64,000 nt of DNA from Eledone cirrhosa. Taxonomy: Eukaryota. Below, piece after piece: positions 52,138-64,000 of the stretch. The position numbers and the translations under genes are program-made. The DNA lies in NCBI GenBank assembly GCA_964016885.1, contig OZ024742.1, positions 209,312,001-209,376,000 on the forward strand. Reading direction: 5' to 3'. Positions within the stretch are counted from its first letter, which is position 1. Each line of letters opens with the position of its first letter. Below the pieces are notes generated by a model. It had not been told where the DNA came from and searched no databases. It saw only the letters and a list, made by a program, of their open reading frames with translations.

Positions 52138-53673
52138 AATTTCGCTAGCCGTTTTCTAAACACATGTTGTCTTTCTATATTTATATGCATTTGGATGTAT
52201 ACGATTGTTCTATTATACTACTTGGCATTGTTTTAGTTCGTAAAATTAGCATTATATGAAAAGACTTTATGAGTCTTCTATATTTCGCTTATCCACTATG
52301 CTGTATTTACAATTCATTCTTATGTTTAACTTCGTTTCTTCCAAACTACTATAGATTTCTTAATACTTAGTTTAGATCAATGGCTGACAGGTTCGTTTTT
52401 CTATTGAAATATTTGTAAGAAAGGCATGATATCTTTAGTAGAATTTGCTTTGTTTAATTGGCCCGGTTTGAAGTGAAAACAAAATTATAGCAACACGCAT
52501 ACATAATTATAGCAACACGACAAAATCATAAACATTAAAAAAATCTAATAATTGAAGCCAATTTTTTCCTCAATTCTCATCGTTTAATTTTCTTATTTTT
52601 AACTCAAAATTTTCGGACTATTTTTTTTTCAACATTTACATTTAATCATAATGATTATAACAAAAAGAAAAAAAAAACGAAATATTTTCATTAACCAAAA
52701 AGATTCGGAGACGAGTAATATTTTGATTATATAGATCCACATTAAAATCACTGTGTTTACGAGACTACGGGCCAATAGTTTTGTATGACAAGAGGAGGGT
52801 GGAATTGTAGAGTGTCGGATAAAGTATCTTATCTGAGTTTAAATCCTTTTCGTATCCTCTTTGACTTTCATCCTTAAGAAGTCACTAAAATGACATTTAG
52901 ATTAGATATAACTGACGAAACTTTGATGGCAGCGTGCTATAATGGGCACATAGACCATTGAGTGAAACAAGTAAAAGGTTTTAAAAGGTATGAATAATGT
53001 TTATAAGATAATGAATGTATGCCAAAATTGAGAACGTAATAAGTCATATGGCAATGAAGAATTATTATATCTTTAGTAATATTACAGAATACAGGAAAAG
53101 TTAATGAAGGTTTGATCAGAGGGAAAACACCAGGTGCTTATACCTCTGAAACATTTCACCTTACGACCTATTTTGCCATAGCTTCCTGACAGATAAAAGC
53201 TGACATTTTTTCTCAGCAAAGGAAAACAGCGAAACAATCTTTACTATGGGCTCAGTTGTTATGTGATCCTACGTGTTATAATTGCAGTTCAACATAATTA
53301 CAAATGATCCATTATTGTTATTGTTATTGGTGCGGATATTTGGATATTCTGATGCTATTATCTTCGATGTTGTCGTTAGCGTTCTTGCTGCAATTCTTCT
53401 TATTTTTGTTATTGTTATACTGATACTGCCGCTAAAACAACTGTCTATGTTGATTATTTTGTTGTTGGGTTTTGTTGCTATTGTTATTTATCTTGCTAGT
53501 TCTAAAGGTTTATAAACATGTTTCAGGCCACAGAGTTTTGTAGGATGATGTACTGTGCGTTAAATTAATCTCAAATTTGTTATTAGTTTATCTACAGCAA
53601 AAGTATGGTTGGCAGTCTTGACACTGTTGAATGAAAACTCAACTAAATAATTTTGTTGGCTGATAATGATAAC

Positions 53674-54055
53674 AATTGTTTCTACTTTTGACAAAGGCCA
53701 GAAATTATCTCAGTGCAATACTGGTACTTTATTTTATCGACCTCGTAATGATGAAAGGCAAAGTTAACCTCGTCGGGATTTGAACTCAGGCTGTAAAGGG
53801 ACGTAACTCTATGCTGCAAAGCATGGCCTCCGACCCTCTACTGATACTGCCAATCCACCGCCCTGGTAATGATAATTGTTTCTATTTTTGGCAAAAGGCC
53901 AGCAATTATCCCAGTGTATTACTGGTACTTTATTTTATCGACCCTGTAAGGATGAAAGGCAAAGTTAACCTCGGCGGGATTTGAACTCAGATCATAAAGG
54001 GAGGTAACTCTATGCTTCAAACCATGGCGTCCGACCCTCTACCAATACTGCCAAT
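53674..54055 (-). mobile_element. Tandem SINE dimer (53674-53863 and 53874-54055) in degenerate (AAT/GAT)n
   Basis: Two colinear copies with taatgataat linker and flanks. Confidence 0.92.
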
Positions 54056-57000
54056 TGATAATAATGCTTTCTAATAAGAATCCAAAGCCACAAATCTTAC
54101 AAGAAAGATATACATAATTTAAACATCTCCAACAATTGACTAGTATTAAGAAAATAAGGATAAGACAAGGATATGACGGCCCCAGTTGGCATTTTCTTCG
54201 ACACTCTATTGATTCTGTTAATACAGCTAATCATAACTTTTCAAGCAGATCAATCGATTGGTTGGAATGGTAACAGGGTGAGCTGTATATGTTGCAATAC
54301 TTTGTTTTATCTCATGGTTTTAGGATCTCGAATAATGCTGTGATTGATAACAGGAATTGAAAAATAATCTGTATAATACTAGCATACAACACCGCCCGAT
54401 ATCAATATTTCAATCAAATATATTAACAATCTCATTCGATTCCGTTAAATATACACTGTATGCTAAGCCTGAGTAGTGAAGTACATATATTTCTTATGAT
54501 ACAATTAATAATATAATTGTCAATGCTGTATTAAAATAGTAAAAATTATATGTGCTGTAATTATTGCTACAATTATGCTGTTATTGTTGTTTTCGTTGTT
54601 GTTTTTTAGTTCTAAGTCACCTTTGATAGACATTCCAGCCACGAAATTATGTCTAACAAGAGCTTGACTCGATTTCACTTTCGACTTTTTCGCATTTCTG
54701 ATTCATTCAAAAACGTGTACATACTTCAACATTCCATTTCACAACACATATTTCCCCAATGTAACACATCCATATGAATAAAAGTTTCAATTATAACTAA
54801 GAAATTTCATAAATTACATATAACCAACAAATTTCTATCAGATAGACAAAGAAAGTACACAATGTTAAATATCTATTATTTATGTTCTGACAGTAAATTC
54901 TGCTACGGTCAGTGGTGGTTTTATTCTGTGGTTTGACATGATCGATGATACCAGAATTATTAAATTTGTGGTCATGTGTCAGAATCAATAATTATTTATT
55001 CTTTATTCAATGATTTCAACAATGAACATTTAGTTGATCGATCAACATGAATTAAGCTGTAAAAAGTTGAATATTCCACAAACACGTGTACTCTAAAAGC
55101 AATCTTTAAGGAAAAGCAACGTGATACAGCAAGTGATAAAGGTAAACTTTTGAATAATTAACACAATCTGCCCGACGAGCTTCCATAGAGTTTCTATTTA
55201 CCCAATTTCACTTATTCGAGATTCCACGCTGTGGGATCGAACTCGGGATTTCATGGCTGTGACGCCAAGTTCTTAACCACTCAGAAAATCCTGCGAGCCT
55301 AAAGGAGTGAATTGTAAATTTACATCAAGCGGGAGTTGAAGACAACTTAAAAACGTGGCTGACGTGAAACCAGACGCCTGCTCTAAAGTGATAATAGACC
55401 TATTGATACAATCACCACGATTGCCAATAATAAACAGGAAAACGCAATTCTTCTAAGACAACTCCAATTAATTGGTCTGTTCGCAGTATAATACTGGGTT
55501 TTCTGAGCACCGTAGGTCAAAACGCAACCTCTGATATGTGAAATCTGTGATGCGGTATCAATATATCGATTTTCGGTTGATTCGATTTAATTAACTTTAC
55601 TTACAATTTAAGAAAGTAATGGGTTTCACATAAGGTTATTCCCTTCTGTAAACCAAGGGGCTTACAAATTCCAGAGAATGGACTTCTGATTTCACCTCTG
55701 ACGAGAAGCCATTTTAACCTCCAACGCTGCCTTTATAGAAGAAATTAAATGCAATATGAGATATTTTCGAAAACGTGACGAGTTATTGACATTTAAGCTT
55801 TCATCATAGACATGAACGACAGATGTTGTTATCGATGTTACTGCTACTGCTGCTCAATGTTTGATGGTCGTGGTATTGAGGTTTCGTTATTGCTGCTGTT
55901 ATTGTTGTTTTTACTTGTATTATTGATGTCGATGTTCTTTTTCTTCTTCTTCATCTTCTTGCTGTTGATGATGGTGGGGGCAGTTCTACTTCTACAACTC
56001 ACCCAGATTCGTTCACTACAACTTCATCCAAGATAGTTTATTATTATTTTCTAGGATAATGATAGCTGTGATTTGTAGAAGAAGGACAATGGGAAATCGT
56101 GATACTCCAGCATTTTCTTATGATTAATAGCATACATGGTGTGATGGAAAAAATAATTTTAGGAATTGAAATTCTTTTATTGATTCAATTCTGAAGAAAA
56201 TCAGCCCAATTAGACGATGTTCAGCAGGCCCTGAAAATTGATTTCATTGATTTCTCACATAATTATAGGAGACGAGAAGTAGAATTTTGAGATTTTCATG
56301 CTTGTTTAAAATACATTTTCAGTGAATGTAAAGTAATGTTGTGTCTTGAACCGATTGCTAATCAACAGCGCTAGACACTGCAACATTAATTACACATATA
56401 GCACAACAATAAAAGTTAAGTGTAATGGCAAAGACTGCGATCAGCTGCTCGTTCTACTTTTAGAGTTGTTGTTATTGTTGCTTCTTCATAAATAGCGGCT
56501 GCTTCTAGGTGGACAGATGGATAGAAATCATCGATCAGAAACGAAGTGTCAAGCTTCTCACGTATCTAAAATCTGCTCCAAAGTTATATTAATGTATGTT
56601 GCCATGGGGACTCAGACGTATTTAATTCCGACCAACAAAGGAATCCAACTTTAATATGTGACTTTACTGGAAGGAAAATGTGAAGCTACACTGTTTACAT
56701 ACATATATACATACATACATGTTCAGCATATAATAATTACATTTACACACATAAAGATAGATATAGAAACATATACACGTATACACAACTAACTAAAAAC
56801 ATACAGATTCACACTGACACACACACACACAATCGCATAAAGTAATACATACGTATTTACCTAGTTGGTGTTGTCTAGTTTCCAATGAAAGAGTCTTGTT
56901 TCTATGTTAGAAACTGACTTTCTCACTATTTGTGAACATTTATAAAACAAAACAACCAGAAGAACATACATACATACATACATACATACATACATACATA

Positions 57001-57069
57001 CATACATACATACATACATACATACATACAAACAAAAATTTGTGAAATTAAAAAAACCAGAGGAACATA

Positions 57070-57730
57070 CATACTTACATACAGGATGGCTGCCCCCTCG
57101 TTATCGAGTATGGCCATTGCACGATATACCATTATTAATAATTATTAATTAATTCTATTGTACAATGCCTGTGCGTGAATGCGTGAAGATATTTTTTAAA
57201 GTGAGGAAAGACTGTGCACTGAGCCAATCACACTCTCTAAGTGACAGTAGCTATAACGCGAAAAAAAGAAAAGATCAACATCATCGATAACAACTGAGCC
57301 GCAGGTTTTATGTCGGAGTTATCCCAGTTTCCTGAGTTGCCTTCTCCTAGAAGAATGCCCTGACAAAGGCTAGGGGTCCTTCACTCCCAGTGGTTTAACC
57401 GCGCAGTACACGTGTATATACATATTTACACACTTTCGGATGGCCGTTGACTCTTATGAGTTCTTCCGCCCTTTGTCAGGTTTTGCTATTTGTCCTGCAG
57501 GGTGTCCCAAATCACCCTCCTCACCAAGTAAACTTGGTGGAGTTGTTGGTTTAGTCGCCGACGATCCGGCCATGCGATAGGCTGTACTGGGTTACATGTT
57601 ACCAGTAGCACTCAAAACTGACCCGACACAGATACATACATACATGGTGGCTGCCAACTCGTTTTCGAGAACGGCCACTACTTTATATCCATGTAGGAGA
57701 ACCCCTACCGATGCGCTGAACGAGTGAGAT
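57070..57730. repeat. Unclassified interspersed repeat fragments with (ATAC)n ends, probably LINE-derived
   Basis: Two related segments (acatac..ggctgcc..ctcgtt.tcgag..ggcca at about 57078 and 57640) abut (ATAC)n in a GC-richer block. Confidence 0.4.
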
Positions 57731-58534
57731 ACATACATACATATATGCATACTTACATATATGTAAGTATGCATACATACATATATGCATACTTACATAC
57801 ATATGTTTGTGTTTGTATGTGGCGGTAATTTCTGATGGAGTTTGGGGGCGCTTTAAATTTGGTGAAACCTCTTCCGCTCTCCAGGTTTGAGCACAGAAGA
57901 TTTCTTCCAGAGAAGGAGAGATAGTAAATGATAAAGCAGGCGTCAGAAAACGATATGGAGGAAGAACCAACTATAATACTTAACTGGTATTTTTTATCGA
58001 TGAAAGGCAAAGTTAACCACCTTGGATTGGAACTCGGAGAACTGGAGAGAATTCTGCATAGCATTCTATCGGCCTTATGCATATATATATGTGTGTGCGT
58101 GTGTGTTTGTGCGCGAGTGTGCGTGTGTGTGCGCGCGAGTGTGCGTGTGTGTGTGCGCGAGTGTGCGTGTGTGTGTGCGCATGTGTGTGTGTAGGTGTGT
58201 GTATGTGTGCGTGTGTGTGAGTGAGATACAATTACAACTCGTATGTTTAGTTATTTGGGAGCCCGCCAGTGCGGGAGAGATATAAATGCAAAGGTAATAC
58301 GAATTTGAGAAAATAGATATAGAAAAGAAAAAATTCTCAGTAAGGAATTTTCATTCTACTAACATTAGTGGTGACAGGCTAGGAATCGAACGGTCGTTAG
58401 ACCGGGCAGCTGGGATATTGGCACTATGGCATATTTAAGTTGGACAAGTTAGATTAGTCATCGTGAAGCATTCCTTTCCATTCTATTATTGATGCATGGT
58501 GGTGGTGGTTGTGGTGGTGGAGGGGGAGGGGTGG

Positions 58535-59520
58535 TAGTTGATTAATCAAGATGGCTTCCTTGATTCGATTCTCAGCCTGCCTATACTGCGTTCGGCAACC
58601 AAGATGGTGGTAGGTATTTTACTGTCCCGGTTTCCTCATTTGACGGTGTGTTTGCTCTTTAATTTGGAGATGTAATGATCGAATAGGGCTACCAACGTAG
58701 AATTGGTTACACTTGTGACATTCTGACCTGTATACAACGTAGACACGTAGGCAACAATTAGTTTTGAAGATAGAGAAATTGACTAGGGTGCATCTGCTAT
58801 CTTCACTGGGAGGGGTGGTTAGACATGTCCGCTCTCGAGTGAGCCAGGCTGATATTGAGGCCGTCTCTCCTGATGGCTTTATGTATGGTGTTCGTAGTTT
58901 CTTCGCTGTGGAGAGGGATCTTGTGGAAGCAACTATTGTCTGTCTCTGGGTCTGTGGTTTCGCTGTGCAGTGGAGAACGTCCTGTCGAACCGTCAAATAT
59001 GGGTGGCTCTATTCGTAACGTCGCTGCATCGTTTGCGTATCAGAACAATTTCATTAGAAATGTTTCCTTTTTTAGAACTGTTGGTGACTCAGATTTGTAG
59101 TGGACGAAAAGTTGTGAATTTCGCTGCTTTCAGCGTTGTGCAATCTGAAGTCGAACAGCGTGAGGTACCCCGAGTCGTTCGGATGTTCCATGCAGAACCT
59201 GATGTCTCTGTCAGCGTTGTTGAAAGCTTCGAATATCCTGTTGGCATTCTCCCTGGAGGATGTGAGATGAGAATATATCATCCACATATCTAACGAAGAA
59301 AGCGCATTTGTCGCAGAAACTGACAACTCGGTGTTTGGATTTGTTCATGTAAGAGATGGCCAGCAAACCCGACAGGCTGGTTCCCATGTGTATTCCAGAA
59401 GTGTGTTGCTAGATGTGGTAGATGCTGAAAAAGGCATTGTTAACAACGATGGATAGAGGCTGGCTGGTGGATGTCGGTGGTGAGGAGGCAGAACCGATCT
59501 AGGTCATTGGAATCTCTTCG
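58535..59520 (-). pseudogene. Decayed PLE RT plus GIY-YIG, related to 20762-21780
   Basis: GIHMGTSLSGLLAI, RYVDDI, IRFCMEHPNDSGYLTLFDF, VVYRSECHKCNQFYVGS, KEAILINQ. Confidence 0.88.
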
Positions 59521-59674
59521 GGAGCCTACAGTGGTCACATATATTTGTCCAGGTGGTTTAGATCTAGTTCTCTACCAGCGGGTGTGGGATTCCGGTTACG
59601 AGAATAATCAAACTTATTTCCTAAATGTATTTGTATCTCATATTCCACAATGCTTAAAGCAACGTTCAATACAT

Positions 59675-59806
<132 letters not shown>

Positions 59807-59857
59807 GCATGAGTGAAGAATAACATGGTCGGCTGTTCCAAAAGGGTTTTATTTATA

Positions 59858-59964
59858 GTATTAACAATCGTTTCACTGATCAGGTGAGTTTAAAGGCCAC
59901 TGATCACTCGAGATTGCGTCACTCGACCTTAAATACACTGTCTCTGATCAAATCATCGGAATAC
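59858..59964 (-). ncRNA. Type I hammerhead-like motif with a long stem II and variant core (CCGATGA)
   Basis: gtatt-CCGATGA-tttgatcag...ctgatcagt-GAAA-cgattg-TT-aatac, followed by a tail into (TA)n. Confidence 0.65.
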
Positions 59965-60333
59965 AGGAGGGTGTAACAAATGGCACTGGTATTTATAGAT
60001 ACACCTGAGAATCAAGTGAATGGAAACAATAACACCGATAATAAAAGATAATAAAAAGTATAAAAAATAAAATTATAAAAAAGTAAAAAAGGAAAACAAA
60101 ATACGGTTACTCATAATAGTAGAAGTGGTGGTGGTAGTTGAAGTTATAATTCTGAGTAAGTGGATGTGTAAAATAGTGATGACAGTAATGATAACAATAA
60201 CATGAAAATAAATACGATATATGTTAGGCGAAAAAATGTTGAGTGGATGTCATGCTAATATAATGTATTTAGTTCATGAATTGGCGAAATAAAAATGGAA
60301 AAAGTACTAAGATACGAAAAAAATATTTATATA

Positions 60334-60377
<44 letters not shown>

Positions 60378-60483
60378 TAGAAGTGGTATTTAATTTGTTG
60401 GAAGTCTGACAAACATAAATGTTTAAAACTTATTTAGAGCATTCGACAGTAAAAACTGAAGTAAATATTCAATGATATTAAAT

Positions 60484-60618
60484 AATTGTTTCTACTTTAG
60501 GCACAAGGCCAGCAATTACCCAGTGCATTGCTGGTACTTTATTTTATCGACCCCGTAAGGATGAAAGGCAAAGTCAACCTCGGCGGGATTTGAACTCAGA
60601 TCGTTAAGGGACGTAACT
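60484..60618 (-). mobile_element. 5'-truncated tRNA-derived SINE
   Basis: B box, central domain and tail. Confidence 0.9.
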
Positions 60619-60619
60619 A

Positions 60620-62365
60620 TGATAATACTATCTTACTCTACCACTATGAACATAGCACAAAATATAAATAGAATCGATAATAGAAATTTAAACCCCCCAA
60701 AAATAACCAAAATAGCAGTAAATCTCTAGCAATATCCAACATAATAGTACAGTCCTGAATAACAACTCCGCAAAATGTAACTGTAGAATTAAATTAAACT
60801 GTCCTTTACAAAATAAGTGTTTAGATAAGGACGTGGTCTATAAATGTACAGTTAAAATGAGTGATAATATATTTAACTCTGTAGGTGCAACTTCTACAGA
60901 ATTTAAAAGTCGTTGGAATATCACAAATGCTCTTTCCAAAGATTGGATTTAAAATCTTCAACTTCTATTTCAAACCTGATATGGAACATAAAATGCAGAA
61001 ATATGGACTATTCATTAACTTGGGAAATAATTTCAGAAGCACCCGCGTACCGAAACACAGCTTTATCTAGATTCTGCAAATTATGTGTTGAGGAAATTTT
61101 TTTCATACTTAAATGTAAGAACTCTATTAATATAAGGACGAATTTATTTAGTTCTTGTAGACATCGCCTGAATTCAACATTTAAAACTATATATAAATTA
61201 TAATTACACTTATAATATTTCTACTTATTTCCATAACAATCTTATACACTTGGTTCTAATATATTGATATCTCTAAATCATATCTATAACATTTGCTATA
61301 TTTCACTTCTTAAAGTTTCATAAAATATATAATTCTAATTTTATTTATTTATTTTTTTTTTTTTTATTTTATTGTAATTTTAATCTTAATAATTTTTAAT
61401 TCTTTATTTTTTATTTCTTTAATCTTTTTATCTATTTTTAAAAATTACTTATTTTTTAAAAATTACTTATCATAAATTATTTTTTTTTTATTTTCTCAAA
61501 TTTTTAATATTTTTTCAATATCTTTTATTAGATTTATAACCACTAACTAATTCTGGCTAAATATATCTTTCAACATTTATACTTATTTTGATAAATTTGC
61601 CTCATACTAACGAATAAATAAACAAAACTGGAGTTTTTTTTCCGTATCTTCCCATTTTAAAATATATAAATCTAAATATTCTTATTAACTCAGTTAACTT
61701 AATTTAATTTAACTTAATATTTACTTACATTAAATACAAAACCAATATCCCTCATGACTCATTAAAACAATTAACTATAACACTATATACCCATCTATTC
61801 ATTTATTTATCTATTTATTTATTCATTTTTTTTTTATATCTATTTTCTATCTATTTTTCTATCTATTTATTTTTCTATCTACTTATAACACAAAATATTA
61901 TATTAGAAAAGAATTTTAAACAACTAATTAATCGTAAATACACGTACTATTAGATATATACTAAGAATATATTTCCCCCAAATTAACGTTATATGAATTT
62001 TATTCATCCTCTTGTTAATTTCTTCTCTCTATCTCTCTCGTAATATTTTTTACCTTTATCCACTTATATTTTTTCTCTCTCTCTTTCTCCAGTGTCATTT
62101 AAATAAACGGTTGTTTTTCAATTATTTACATATTCATTTACATATTCACACATAAGTTTGAATAATCCCTAATAAATTTCCACTATCCAGTGAATTTCCA
62201 ACCGATAGGGTATGATTTTCATGGGTATGTCTCTATATATAAAACAAACTTTGTATTTTATCTGATGAAAGCGTACCAATGTTGTATTGGTTACCCTTGA
62301 AATATATATAATAAAATAAATATGGTTTATAAATATAGTTTCCATTTATTTATTATCATTGTATG
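60620..62365 (+). mobile_element. 5'-truncated Naiad-type PLE (family F3): GIY-YIG end, ~1-kb AT-rich 3'UTR and hammerhead
   Basis: LSYSTTMN; CNCRIKLNCPLQNKCLDKDVVYKC...VGATSTEFKSRW / HKCSF...LIWNIK...WEII..APAY...CKLCVEE...INIR..LFSSCRHR (stop at 61203; one frameshift near 60920). Confidence 0.9.
62254..62318 (+). ncRNA. Minimal type I hammerhead ribozyme, canonical core
   Basis: tattttat-CTGATGA-aagcgtaccaat gttgt attggttaccctt-GAAA-tatata-TA-ataaaata, with an 8-bp stem I. Confidence 0.9.
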
Positions 62366-62382
62366 TATATATATATATTTAT

Positions 62383-62575
62383 ATTTAATATGGAAGAGCT
62401 TCTACATGATTGAAGTGTTTCATTCGTGAGAAATCATCAGGAGCTTCCTGATGATTTCTCACGAATGAAATAGTTCTAGTCCTTAGAAGCTCTTCTATAT
62501 TAAAACATTTATACTCTGCTATGTATTGAGTACATTACTTACTGTGTTTACCTCCGATTCAACCCGGAATAACTC
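62383..62575 (+). mobile_element. Short fold-back module with back-to-back hammerhead cores; tail shared with 28828-28932
   Basis: tttcattcgtgagaaatcatcagga-gct-tcctgatgatttctcacgaatgaaa (62418-62470); outer arms 62383-62404 / 62484-62504. Confidence 0.8.
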
Positions 62576-62586
62576 ATATATATATA

Positions 62587-62653
<67 letters not shown>

Positions 62654-62654
62654 A

Positions 62655-64000
62655 TAATAAATTTGATGATTAAAATCCAAAGAGGGCTCGATAAGGATAA
62701 ATATATATCAAATATATAAGAACCGTAGAGCAAATATTGATTAGAATAACAGATTAAAGTTTAAGCAAAGAATCGCTGCTTTCACCCTTAACGGGATCTT
62801 CTGAAACTAACAAAGTCAATCTGTGAACGCAGAAGTGAATATTTCAAAAAACGTTGCAACCGAAGGAAGACAGGAAGACGATACTTTGGTTCGTGGAAAC
62901 GTTCCCTGGCAAGGAACAGGAAAAAACGAAGATAATACGTCATTATTTGGAGCGGTGAAAAACAATTACACGCAAAGACAAAACCATGTTTATGCTATAA
63001 AAGAAGTCGTAGACTAATATTCTATTAGGTGGTTCATATAGACGTTCTCTGGCAATGAACGGAAAAAACGAAGATAATACTTCATATGTGGAGCGGGAGA
63101 ACAATTGCACGAAAAGACAAAACCACGTATATGTTATAACTGAAGTCGTAGACTAAAATTCTAATTAGGAAACCGAATGATTCTCGGCTTCAGAGTTAAG
63201 AATAAAATAAATAAAATACAGAGGTAATTGAAATTAAATAAATACATACACGCATCCATATACGTACATACACAAGCATACGCGAAAACACTCGCCATAG
63301 GTATACAAATACACGCACGTACAAAAAAAAAACCGCACGCACATACAGAACCCACGCAACGCCTGTACCTGCACGCATACGAATGTATACACCAAATAGA
63401 CATAAAAATATATATTAAAAAATATATATATATATGTGTGTGTGTGTGCGTGTATACATATAGTTAAATAAACCTATATAAATAAATAAATACGTATATA
63501 ACAAGCGCACACACATACCTATATGTAAATACACATATGTTCGGAGACGTGCGTCAACCAAAACACAAAGTACGCATATACACACACCCTACATACATAC
63601 GAACCCGCATACTCATACAGACGCAAAACTCACTTATACACATAACCAAAAGCATATGTACCAGTATATATAATATATACGCCATAACATATACAATCAA
63701 ATATACGTATGAGAAAGTATACGTACCTTCACAAAACATGCAGGTAATATATACTTACCTATACAAATAAGTAATGGTATAAACATAACATATATTTAGC
63801 TACCACATCAAGACGTAAAATATTCGCGTATAGTTCGTACTATCCGTTAGGGTATAATGTGGGGCTGTAATAGAGGAAAGTTTTGTGCAATTTATGTTTA
63901 GAAGCCGAAAATGCCTCAGATCTTTTGTTTAAGATGTGGTCTTTGGCGTAGAGTATTTCTAGGGCCTCGGCGGCGCAGACGTCACATGGTCTTTTATTTC
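62655..64000 (-). mobile_element. Naiad-type PLE family F1 copy (GIY-YIG end, 3'UTR, hammerhead-like motif 62758-62808), running off the window
   Basis: Minus strand NKRPCDVCAAEALEILYAKDHILNKRSEAFSASKHK...YPNG*. Matches 612-1590 and 17340-18330. Confidence 0.92.

Overview
AT-rich, microsatellite-dense eukaryotic DNA with no identifiable host protein-coding exon. The SINE types, (TA)n load and retroelement mix suggest an octopus or other coleoid mollusc genome (inference only). Nearly all interpretable sequence is retroelement-derived. (i) A full-length, TSD-bounded but frameshifted RTE LINE (3.8-7.3 kb). (ii) A head-to-tail array of three Tx1/L1-clade elements, each bounded by (AAT)n (35.2-47.2 kb), plus a diverged sister element ending in (GATA)n (48.3-51.7 kb). 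(iii) Many Penelope-like element (PLE) remnants, including three Naiad-type GIY-YIG families. These carry more than 10 type I hammerhead-ribozyme motifs and are often arranged as fold-back modules embedded in (TA)n. (iv) A tRNA-derived SINE family that sits in (AAT)n in the same orientation as the Tx1 elements, with an empty/filled site pair in the window and a 3' motif resembling the Tx1 3' end. The best candidate for an undescribed system is an (ATT)n-specific Tx1 retrotransposon with swappable 5'UTR/ORF1 modules, a (TATC)n-associated sister family and a hitch-hiking SINE. The second is the recurring hammerhead-bearing fold-back architecture. All calls are by eye; no searches or folding programs were run.
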